Of a DNA stretch of 64,000 nucleotides, positions 26,061 to 37,719 are shown piece by piece. The first letter of the stretch is position 1, and every line of letters starts with the position of its first letter. The DNA is from Macrostomum lignano. Its lineage: Eukaryota. The position numbers and the translations under genes were made by a program. The notes under the pieces were generated by a model. That model was not told the DNA's origin and made no database searches. It saw nothing but the letters and a program-made list of their open reading frames with translations. The stretch spans positions 496,001-560,000 of the forward strand of contig NIVC01000257.1 in the NCBI GenBank assembly GCA_002269645.1. Direction: 5' to 3'.

Positions 26061-27629
26061 AGTGTTTTTATTTAGTCCTTTAATAAAACCTTTTAATAAA
26101 AAATTTTACACTACTACTTTTAAACTACTTAGATTCGAACCTAGGTCGCTGCATTAGCAGTCTGGTCTGTTCAGCTCTAGGCTAGCTCTCATCGAAGTTA
26201 TCAGTGATGTTGTACCACTTATATAATTCAACACTCACACCAAGTCAGGTAGAGTAAAAAGTCTCACGAAGCAGTTATGACATAATCAATTTCTTAGGCA
26301 AGTCAGTACCAGTGTCTATGAAAGTTTACAATATGGTTACGTAATATAAATTCAGTACTGCGCTATGCTTTCACACTCAAAGCTGTGACGCAATTCAATT
26401 GAGTGTCAAATTCAGCCAGTACACAGACGATAAATAAAGTGTATTGTGATGCAATCTATTTCAGAATCAGAATTCAACCAGTCAGTTTTTCTGCTAGCAT
26501 TCTTACGATGCATTTCAAGTCAAAAGAGCTGCTTGACCTTTGCAAAAAAGCATGTTTTTCGAATATTTAATCCCTTTAGCATCAAGCAATTTCTTAGCCA
26601 CGATGCATGTACTGTCACGGGAAAATTTCTGATCGAACAGTGCAAGTTCGAAGAAAATCGGTTGAGCCGTTTTTGCTAAAATCGATCACACACACACACA
26701 CATACACACACACACACAAACGTGCACGAGGCACTTATTGGCCAAGTGTGCAAAAACTTGCACATATTGGGACTGCTCCGACACACGAAAAATCACACAC
26801 ACACACGTCCCCACACAGGCAATTTTCAACCCACCAAATAGATTTTTATTGACAACATGCTTTTGGCTTACTGAAAACAGTTGGAAAGCATTTTTCGAGG
26901 TGCATTGAACTCACAACAGATTGTACATGTATACTTGTCTAAAACAGAATTAAAAAACCCTGGTGTCTTGCTGAATTCCACTTAAGGCAATAATATCAGC
27001 GCGTCAAATTTCACCAGATAATTTCAGCGATCATAGATTATAGAAGACAGGATGGTAAATGGCAAGGGACTTTAAGGTTATCGAAGACAAACGACATTGA
27101 CACATATCAAAAAAATTTTACGATCTGAATAAACAAAATTTGCTACATTTAGTGCCACTGGGAAAAAACAATTCTGTAGCGAAACTCCACTGTTCATAAA
27201 AATGTACTTTATTGATTATGACACAATCACTAGAATTACTCAAAAGGTACATGTCAGCTATTCGGACCCACAGAATGCTACGTAAAAGGATGCGGAAATG
27301 AACCACACTATAGCAGAAGCCAGCACACACTATAGTATGGGGCTGTCCCAACAATTCCACCATAGCCAGTGTGGATAGGGCTGTCCCAACAATTCCAGCA
27401 TAGCCAGTGTGGATAGGGCTGTCCCAACAATTCCAGCATAGCTTGAAAAAGAATATACACAAATACTATAAAAAGCAAATGCTAGAGCTCTACCGCGGTC
27501 ATTGCACCGGATTTTATTAGAAACAGACTGCAAAAAATGCGTCTTCTAAATAATATTCCAGTGAAGCGCACAACAGTTAATCGGCTTCTCGATTCAGAAA
27601 ATTAAAAAAATAACCAGCTCCGCCAGAAA

Positions 27630-27662
27630 ACTCATGAATTAACTGACTGCTGCACAGATAGC

Positions 27663-27710
<48 letters not shown>

Positions 27711-30700
27711 AGCTTGGCAGCAGCAAGTGAACCAAATGACGGATGCAGCGGCGAGATCAGAATGCTCGCTGCTGATCGTTAAAGCGTATTCTTGTCTCTT
27801 AGGCATGTCGCTGGCGTGGCTGACTTCAGAATCTGCGAGGAAAAGAAATCAATTAAGATAGGCTTGCTTTAGTAATCATTAATAGGCTATAAAGGAACCC
27901 TTTAATAGAACGTGTTTAACTAATGCTGGGTCTGTTTTGAAAAGTCAGAACTCAGAAGTAGTCGCGATTAGAATCAGTATTGTCCCAATAAGTGCGACCC
28001 AACAAATGCTGTTCAAAAAATAGGCCTGGCTGCAATGTCCCAATAAATGCCCAACAAATTACTAGCCTTGAGCTATGCTGGGCTGTGTTTACTATTCATT
28101 GCGTTTGTAGCTTGTGTCCCAACAATGCCACTGAGATTGTTGCATTGCTTTTGAATTGTGCTCTACCAGGTAACACAAGTACTCTGGTGTACAATACTTC
28201 TACAGCAGATAATACTCACCCAAAACAGATCGTCTCTTTCTCTTTAATCCTGTGCCGGACGGGTTTTCTTCAGATCCACCAGAAAATTCACAAATAGACT
28301 GACTGCCTGCACGGATAGCGGCTGCTGCTGCTGATGCTGCTGCGGCTTGTGAGCAGCAAGTGAACCAAATGACGGATGCAGCGGCGAGATCAGAATGCTC
28401 GCTGCTGATCGTTAAAGCGCATTCTTGTCTCTTAGGCATGTCGCTGGCGTGGCTGACTTCAGAATCTGCGAGGAAAAGAAATCAATTAAGATAGGCTTGC
28501 TTTAGTAATCATTAATAGGCTATAAAGGAACCCTTTAATAGAACGTGTTCAACTAATGCTGGGTCTGTTTTGAAAAGTCAGAACTCAGAAGTAGTCGCGA
28601 TTAGAATCAGTATTGTCCCAATAAGTGCGACCCAACAAATGCTGTTCAAAAAATAGGCCTGGCTGCAATGTCCCAATAAATGCCCAACAAATTACTAGCC
28701 TTGAGCTAGGCTGGGCTGTGTTTACTATTCATTGCGTTTGTAGCTTGTGTCCCAACAATGCCACTGAGATTGTTGCATTGCTTTTGAATTGTGCTCTACC
28801 AAGTAACACAAGTACTCTGGTGTACAATACTTCTACAGCAGATAATACTCACCCAAAACAGATCGTCTCTTTCTCTTTAATCCTGTGCCGGACGGGTTTT
28901 CTTCAGATCCACCAGAAAATTCACAAATAGACTGACTGCCTGCACGGATAGCGGCTGCTGCTGCTGATGCTGCTGCGGCTTGTGAGCAGCAAGTGAACCA
29001 AATGACGGATGCAGCGGCGAGATCAGAATGCTCGCTGCTGATCGTTAAAGCGCATTCTTGTCTCTTAGGCATGTCGCTGGCGTGGCTGACTTCAGAATCT
29101 GCGAGGAAAAGAAATCAATTAAGATAGGCTTGCTTTAGTAATCATTAATAGGCTATAAAGGAACCCTTTAATAAACGTGTTCAACTAATGCTGGGTCTGT
29201 TTTGAAAAGTCAGAACTCAGAAGTAGTCGCGATTAGAATCAGTATTGTCCCAATAAGTGCGACCCAACAAATGCTGTTCAAAAAATAGGCCTGGCTGCAA
29301 TGTCCCAATAAATGCCCAACAAATTACTAGCCTTGAGCTAGGCTGGGCTGTGTTTACTATTCATTGCGTTTGTAGCTTGTGTCCCAACAATGCCACTGAG
29401 ATTGTTGCATTGCTTTTGAATTGTGCTCTACCAGGTAACACAAGTACTCTGGTGTACAATACTTCTACAGCAGATAATACTCACCCAAAACAGATCGTCT
29501 CTTTCTCTTTAATCCTGTGCCGGACGGGTTTTCTTCAGATCCACCAGAAAATTCACAAATAGACTGACTGCCTGCACGGATAGCGGCTGCTGCTGCTGCT
29601 GCTGCTGCGCTTGGAGCAGCAAGTGAACCAAATGACGGATGCAGCGGCGAGATCAGAATGCTCGCTGCTGATCGTTAAAGCGCATTCTTGTCTCTTAGGC
29701 ATGTCGCTGGCGTGGCTGACTTCAGAATCTGCGAGGAAAAGAAATCAATTAAGATAGGCTTGCTTTAGTAATCATTAATAGGCTATAAAGGAACCCTTTA
29801 ATAGAACGTGTTCAACTAATGCTGGGTCTGTTTTGAAAAGTCAGAACTCAGAAGTAGTCGCGATTAGAATCAGTATTGTCCCAATAAGTGCGACCCAACA
29901 AATGCTGTTCAAAAAATAGGCCTGGCTGCAATGTCCCAATAAATGCCCAACAAATTACTAGCCTTGAGCTAGGCTGGGCTGTGTTTACTATTCATTGCGT
30001 TTGTAGCTTGTGTCCCAACAATGCCACTGAGATTGTTGCATTGCTTTTGAATTGTGCTCTACCAGGTAACACAAGTACTCTGGTGTACAATACTTCTACA
30101 GCAGATAATACTCACCCAAAACAGATCGTCTCTTTCTCTTTAATCCTGTGCCGGACGGGTTTTCTTCAGATCCACCAGAAAATTCACAAATAGACTGACT
30201 GCCTGCACGGATAGCGGCTGCTGCTGCTGATGCTGCTGCGGCTTGTGAGCAGCAAGTGAACCAAATGACGGATGCAGCGGCGAGATCAGAATGCTCGCTG
30301 CTGATCGTTAAAGCGCATTCTTGTCTCTTAGGCATGTCGCTGGCGTGGCTGACTTCAGAATCTGCGAGGAAAAGAAATCAATTAAGATAGGCTTGCTTTA
30401 GTAATCATTAATAGGCTATAAAGGAACCCTTTAATAGAACGTGTTCAACTAATGCTGGGTCTGTTTTGAAAAGTCAGAACTCAGAAGTAGTCGCGATTAG
30501 AATCAGTATTGTCCCAATAAGTGCGACCCAACAAATGCTGTTCAAAAAATAGGCCTGGCTGCAATGTCCCAATAAATGCCCAACAAATTACTAGCCTTGA
30601 GCTAGGCTGGGCTGTGTTTACTATTCATTGCGTTTGTAGCTTGTGTCCCAACAATGCCACTGAGATTGTTGCATTGCTTTTGAATTGTGCTCTACCAAGT

Positions 30701-30848
30701 AACACAAGTACTCTGGTGTACAATACTTCTACAGCAGATAATACTCACCCAAAACAGATCGTCTCTTTCTCTTTAATCCTGTGCCGGACGGGTTTTCTTC
30801 AGATCCACCAGAAAATTCACAAATAGACTGACTGCCTGCACGGATAGC

Positions 30849-30881
<33 letters not shown>

Positions 30882-33800
30882 GGCTTGTGAGCAGCAAGTG
30901 AACCAAATGACGGATGCAGCGGCGAGATCAGAATGCTCGCTGCTGATCGTTAAAGCGCATTCTTGTCTCTTAGGCATGTCGCTGGCGTGGCTGACTTCAG
31001 AATCTGCGAGGAAAAGAAATCAATTAAGATAGGCTTGCTTTAGTAATCATTAATAGGCTATAAAGGAACCCTTTAATAGAACGTGTTCAACTAATGCTGG
31101 GTCTGTTTTGAAAAGTCAGAACTCAGAAGTAGTCGCGATTAGAATCAGTATTGTCCCAATAAGTGCGACCCAACAAATGCTGTTCAAAAAATAGGCCTGG
31201 CTGCAATGTCCCAATAAATGCCCAACAAATTACTAGCCTTGAGCTAGGCTGGGCTGTGTTTACTATTCATTGCGTTTGTAGCTTGTGTCCCAACAATGCC
31301 ACTGAGATTGTTGCATTGCTTTTGAATTGTGCTCTACCAGGTAACACAAGTACTCTGGTGTACAATACTTCTACAGCAGATAATACTCACCCAAAACAGA
31401 TCGTCTCTTTCTCTTTAATCCTGTGCCGGACGGGTTTTCTTCAGATCCACCAGAAAATTCACAAATAGACTGACTGCCTGCACGGATAGCGGCTGCTGCT
31501 GCTGCGGCTTGTGAGCAGCAAGTGAACCAAATGACGGATGCAGCGGCGAGATCAGAATGCTCGCTGCTGATCGTTAAAGCGCATTCTTGTCTCTTAGGCA
31601 TGTCGCTGGCGTGGCTGACTTCAGAATCTGCGAGGAAAAGAAATCAATTAAGATAGGCTTGCTTTAGTAATCATTAATAGGCTATAAAGGAACCCTTTAA
31701 TAGAACGTGTTCAACTAATGCTGGGTCTGTTTTGAAAAGTCAGAACTCAGAAGTAGTCGCGATTAGAATCAGTATTGTCCCAATAAGTGCGACCCAACAA
31801 ATGCTGTTCAAAAAATAGGCCTGGCTGCAATGTCCCAATAAATGCCCAACAAATTACTAGCCTTGAGCTAGGCTGGGCTGTGTTTACTATTCATTGCGTT
31901 TGTAGCTTGTGTCCCAACAATGCCACTGAGATTGTTGCATTGCTTTTGAATTGTGCTCTACCAGGTAACACAAGTACTCTGGTGTACAATACTTCTACAG
32001 CAGATAATACTCACCCAAAACAGATCGTCTCTTTCTCTTTAATCCTGTGCCGGACGGGTTTTCTTCAGATCCACCAGAAAATTCACAAATAGACTGACTG
32101 CCTGCACGGATAGCGGCTGCTGCTGCTGCTGCTGCTGCGGCTTGTGAGCAGCAAGTGAACCAAATGACGGATGCAGCGGCGAGATCAGAATGCTCGCTGC
32201 TGATCGTTAAAGCGCATTCTTGTCTCTTAGGCATGTCGCTGGCGTGGCTGACTTCAGAATCTGCGAGGAAAAGAAATCAATTAAGATAGGCTTGCTTTAG
32301 TAATCATTAATAGGCTATAAAGGAACCCTTTAATAGAACGTGTTCAACTAATGCTGGGTCTGTTTTGAAAAGTCAGAACTCAGAAGTAGTCGCGATTAGA
32401 ATCAGTATTGTCCCAATAAGTGCGACCCAACAAATGCTGTTCAAAAAATAGGCCTGGCTGCAATGTCCCAATAAATGCCCAACAAATTACTAGCCTTGAG
32501 CTAGGCTGGGCTGTGTTTACTATTCATTGCGTTTGTAGCTTGTGTCCCAACAATGCCACTGAGATTGTTGCATTGCTTTTGAATTGTGCTCTACCAGGTA
32601 ACACAAGTACTCTGGTGTACAATACTTCTACAGCAGATAATACTCACCCAAAACAGATCGTCTCTTTCTCTTTAATCCTGTGCCGGACGGGTTTTCTTCA
32701 GATCCACCAGAAAATTCACAAATAGACTGACTGCCTGCACGGATAGCGGCTGCTGCTGCTGATGCTGCTGCGGCTTGTGAGCAGCAAGTGAACCAAATGA
32801 CGGATGCAGCGGCGAGATCAGAATGCTCGCTGCTGATCGTTAAAGCGCATTCTTGTCTCTTAGGCATGTCGCTGGCGTGGCTGACTTCAGAATCTGCGAG
32901 GAAAAGAAATCAATTAAGATAGGCTTGCTTTAGTAATCATTAATAGGCTATAAAGGAACCCTTTAATAGAACGTGTTCAACTAATGCTGGGTCTGTTTTG
33001 AAAAGTCAGAACTCAGAAGTAGTCGCGATTAGAATCAGTATTGTCCCAATAAGTGCGACCCAACAAATGCTGTTCAAAAAATAGGCCTGGCTGCAATGTC
33101 CCAATAAATGCCCAACAAATTACTAGCCTTGAGCTAGGCTGGGCTGTGTTTACTATTCATTGCGTTTGTAGCTTGTGTCCCAACAATGCCACTGAGATTG
33201 TTGCATTGCTTTTGAATTGTGCTCTACCAAGTAACACAAGTACTCTGGTGTACAATACTTCTACAGCAGATAATACTCACCCAAAACAGATCGTCTCTTT
33301 CTCTTTAATCCTGTGCCGGACGGGTTTTCTTCAGATCCACCAGAAAATTCACAAATAGACTGACTGCCTGCACGGATAGCGGCTGCTGCTGCTGCTGCTG
33401 CTGCTGCTGCGGCTTGTGAGCAGCAAGTGAACCAAATGACGGATGCAGCGGCGAGATCAGAATGCTCGCTGCTGATCGTTAAAGCGCATTCTTGTCTCTT
33501 AGGCATGTCGCTGGCGTGGCTGACTTCAGAATCTGCGAGGAAAAGAAATCAATTAAGATAGGCTTGCTTTAGTAATCATTAATAGGCTATAAAGGAACCC
33601 TTTAATAGAACGTGTTCAACTAATGCTGGGTCTGTTTTGAAAAGTCAGAACTCAGAAGTAGTCGCGATTAGAATCAGTATTGTCCCAATAAGTGCGACCC
33701 AACAAATGCTGTTCAAAAAATAGGCCTGGCTGCAATGTCCCAATAAATGCCCAACAAATTACTAGCCTTGAGCTAGGCTGGGCTGTGTTTACTATTCATT

Positions 33801-34090
33801 GCGTTTGTAGCTTGTGTCCCAACAATGCCACTGAGATTGTTGCATTGCTTTTGAATTGTGCTCTACCAGGTAACACAAGTACTCTGGTGTACAATACTTC
33901 TACAGCAGATAATACTCACCCAAAACAGATCGTCTCTTTCTCTTTAATCCTGTGCCGGACGGGTTTTCTTCAGATCCACCAGAAAATTCACAAATAGACT
34001 GACTGCCTGCACGGATAGCGGCTGCTGCTGCTGCTGCTGCTGCGGCTTGTGAGCAGCAAGTGAAATAAATGACGGATGCAGCGGCGAGTT
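27630..34090. repeat. ~633-bp tandem array (10 units plus a partial one) with variable (GCT)n tract
   Basis: Near-identical ORFs recur at 27992, 28625, 29257, 29888, 30521, 31163, 31787, 32420, 33053 and 33692. Confidence 0.97.
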
Positions 34091-34105
34091 TGAATGCGGA
34101 CGAAC
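27639..34105 (-). CDS. Putative multi-exon gene built of repeated phase 1-1 exons (82-aa poly-Ala/KRKRR repeat); 5' part not found
   Basis: Each unit has acceptor TTCTTTTCCTCGCAG and donor GTGAGT around a 237-255-nt open frame (e.g. 28220-28465); the terminal exon 27639-27832 ends in TAA. Confidence 0.4.
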
Positions 34106-36814
34106 CTGTGCGTGGGCGCACAAAAGAAAAATCACTTATTGAGAAATCTGTCTGATTTGTTTGAAAACAGATTTAAATGTCGCTGTTCTAATAAATGCTT
34201 CATTGTCAATGAAATTTTACTGTACAATTAAAATATTCGTAGTTTGTCCCAACGGTGCTGCTTGTGTCAGTTAGATGGAGTACAAATTTCACTTTCTCGA
34301 TAGTGCCGCAGCAACTTACTTTGCCCTTAGCTGACTGCAGGCAGGCTTGCTTGTTTTAATAATGCCCTAGAAAACAAAACACTTATTGCAATTAAGTTTC
34401 AGTTACTGGGAGTTGCAATTTTCTGAGATCCTATCTCTTTGCTGACCGCCCATCTTCCCAATCAGATGAGCTTCTTTTTTGTTGCTGACTCTGCCCTGCT
34501 TTTCTTTTGGCGTTTGCCTTTGCAGTAAGCTTTGTTTCTCGTTCTAGAATGCTGTCATTTTATACTGTTCTTTAGTTATGTAATAATACTGCTTTGAGTA
34601 GAAAAATAATTTGACTATCGAATTATAACAGTAATATATTATATTAGTTGCCCAGCAAACTCACATGGTATTTCTCCAAGTCTCTAGTACTGTGGGCGAT
34701 GTGTCATGCGAGATTTCTTTCCTAAATGTTTTGATTGAAACTTTTAGTAAAATTTGTTCTTCCTAGAAGTGTAAATTTTGCCTACTTATGATTGCTCAAC
34801 TGGCTGTTGTAAATTAATTGATAAATAAGGTGATCGTGCCGCCTCTCTTATATTTCACTGAGCTCAGAGTATTACTAGGCTGCTTATTATTTTTTTCAAC
34901 CTACAAAAAATACGACATATACGAGTACGAGACAAGACTTACTTGACAATGAAGGCCAATCTGTTTGTTATAGAAGAAAACGGTAGCTTATCGATATCAA
35001 CGTATCTGGAATTTTAGAAAAGTACATATGTAAATTCCGGTTAAGTTTTTATTTATCATAAAATTTTAAAAAGAATTTTAAATTCTACTTACATATGTGT
35101 AATGGTTCCTAGCCAAGTCTTTTCATGCCAGGTCATGCATGGAAACTCTTGTGACGTGGCACATTTTGTCTGTGTAGTGCAGGTCTCGTAAATGAATTAT
35201 ATTCGTTTGAACATATGCAGTACGCCGTTTGTCAAAGGGAACTTCTACATGTACCTTTCCGTTAGAATTGGCTCTTCCTCTTGTAGGCCTCAACTTCAGT
35301 GTAAACTTTATCCTGACTCCCTTGCGCCCGCCTCTCCTCCCCGCTTCCCCCCGCCGCGATAGGAATGTACACGTGGCCTGGGTAAGGGATTGCCTGGGTC
35401 TTGTACACGCTTGTCTAACACTTCTGCTCTGTACGTGGGTTTATCTTTACGATCCAAGATAAGCAGAATTGTTTTTCAGGAAGGCCTAGTAGTTAGTTTT
35501 GGGCCAACTAGTCATCGATTTAGACTTTACAGTGACAGTGACACTCAAACATGTGCTAGCAGTCCATGCAGTCATCTTAAGTTTCTTGGTATCTCCGTAC
35601 TTTTCAGTATACCAGACGATAATTATCATAATTCTAGGAAAAATTTTGCTACATAGTATAGCTGCCCAAACCCAGGCCAATAAGGAAGTCATTTAAAGCC
35701 TTAGAGATTAAACGTTTCCCTTTAATACTCGTCCTTGGTTTTCTCGGGAAATGCAAAGTTTTTCTTTGCCCTTTATTTCTTTGCTCTAAAAGCGCTTCAT
35801 AAGACTGAGAATTTCCACCGGAAAACTACCTCACTCAAAGTGTCACTTTACGTTAATGGCCTCCAGTCACTAACTTGAGTCAGTTAATACCCATTCACAT
35901 ATGACAAATAGATTAATGCAGCTGACTGAAAACGAGAATTTCAGTTAAAATGGCCGAGGGCACAGGCGGATGTAACCTTAATTTGCCATGTTTCGTGTAT
36001 AAGTGAAATTGGAAGCTAATGAATTTAGATGCTAGCTGTTTCTATGCAAAAATCTAAATATACTAAATCTATAAGGTTTGTATGCTTAATTGTAATATTC
36101 TAAATCTTTATTAAATTATTTCATATTTTATAGTAAACACGATGCCAAATGTCAGGATCCTTTCAAGTGTCGATTGGCAGCCCTGTGGAGAACCTCTATC
36201 TGTTACTTGTAGTAGACTTTCTTGATATTGTAAGAAATATTGTAATAAAACGAGAATTCCGATTTGAGACCCAATTGTTCTGTTGGATCAGACCATCAGT
36301 TCGCATAATTTTTTAAACTTCTTAGGACACTGCAAATCATTAGATTCCCCGTGTTTGATTAAAAATATGAAAAAATGACATTGATTTTTGAAAGGAGAAT
36401 CGAAAGACGGTTCCAATGAATATTTTTTCATTTCAATAAAATTCATTTTTGGAAGTGTCGGGACGCACTTATTGGGCCTGGCCCAACACATTTTTGGTCC
36501 TAATAGCACGGGTCAGTTTATACACGCTTGTCCCAAGAAATGCCTAATGCACAAACACATACCGACAGACCATTTTTAGTATATTGGAATGGACTAGCAA
36601 TCTACGCCCCCCGTTGGGGAGCCAAAGAAATGCAATACACGTTTTTTTAATAAGCTACATGTATCCTTGAAATCTTAAAAAATCTCCTGTCAAACCTTGT
36701 AAGCCTTGACATGTCAGTTATCCCCCCCACAAGCTTTAACATATCAACTTCCCCCCTTGACATCTCAGCAATGCCCCCAATAAGCCTTGGAAATCTAAAA
36801 ATATCTGTCAACCT

Positions 36815-36876
36815 TCTAACCCTAACCCTAGCCTAACCCTAACCCTAACCCTAACCCTAACCCTAACCTAACCCTA
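36815..36876. repeat. Interstitial telomere-like (CCCTAA)n
   Basis: Directly visible; repeated at ~45565-45610 and ~49040-49100; (TTAGGG)n at ~53142-53168. Confidence 0.9.
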
Positions 36877-37719
36877 AAGCATTGAAATTTCAGTAATTCT
36901 CTCTAAGAGTCATTATAGCACTACTACAGCATTATAGCGATAAGCTTCTTTTATTTTTTACATAACGCTTTTTTTATCAGCGATCCCTCGCCTGAGGAGG
37001 CATCAAATAATGTAATAAAAAGTTTTCAATAAACTACATGTAGCTTCTGACTTTAGCCTTGAAATCTCATTTATACCCCCGTGAGCCTTGACATCTCAGC
37101 TATTCCCCCCGTAAGCCTTGACATGTCAGCAATGGCCCCCATAAACCTTGAAATCTAAAAAATCCCCTGTTAACCTTGAAACCCGATAAAATATAACCCT
37201 CAACCCACACCTGACCTAAACCTAACTTTAACCCAACCTAAAGCCTTGAAATCTCAGCAATTCTTCTCCCCTAAGCCTTAACATTTTAGTGATTCTTTCT
37301 TTAAGAATCACAGCACTATAACGATTTCCACCAAGCTTTGACATCGTAGCAATTCCCAAATGAATCTTTTAACTTCGACATGACTTTTCTTTTATGTATA
37401 CATAGTGCTACTTTTATTTTTTACATGACTTTCTTCTATCAGCGCCCCCCCCGTGACGAGCCAACAAAGAATGCAATAAAAAAATTGAGTAAAGTACATG
37501 AACTTTGAAGTAGCTTCTGACTTTTGCTTTGACATCTCAGAAACCCCCCCCCGTAATCTCAGTTATTCTCTGAGAGCCTTGACGTCTCAGTTTTTCTCCC
37601 CAGCACAGCATTATAGTTGCATTTAATTTTTACATGAACCCTTCATGTCTGACATGACGTTTCTTTTATTCTACCGTGACGCTTCTTAATTTTTTAAATG
37701 ACACTTTCATTAGTTTTTA

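Larger units (their letters stand above)
26722..36552. mobile_element. ~9.8-kb element with imperfect terminal inverted repeats and AAAC target duplication (unclassified DNA transposon)
   Basis: Left GTGCACGAGGCACTTATTGGCCAAGTGTGCAAAAACT versus right reverse complement GTGCATTAGGCATTTCTTGGGACAAGCGTGTATAAACT; AAAC at 26718-26721 and 36553-36556. No transposase recognised. Confidence 0.6.
22880..36593 (-). mobile_element. Helitron-like unit H1 (24-bp satellite, tRNA-like relic, nested 9.8-kb element)
   Basis: CTAGCAATCTAGTGCGGCCCCCTTCGGGGCGCCC at 22880; conserved ~450-bp block at 26200-26690; TTTTAGTATATTGGAATGGA end at 36593. Confidence 0.7.

Noticed and set aside
26128-26193. Functional tRNA-Ser gene
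   Set aside because: The acceptor, D and anticodon stems do not pair; kept only as a tRNA-like relic.
27992-33997. Ten plus-strand 101-aa ORFs (MRPNKCCSKN...)
   Set aside because: They start at GTG, repeat with the 633-bp unit and have no recognisable motif; the splice signals are on the minus strand.
27630-34090. 633-bp array as SL RNA, 5S or snRNA gene repeats
   Set aside because: No recognisable 5S, snRNA or flatworm SL sequence; only an isolated AATTTTCTGG Sm-like word.
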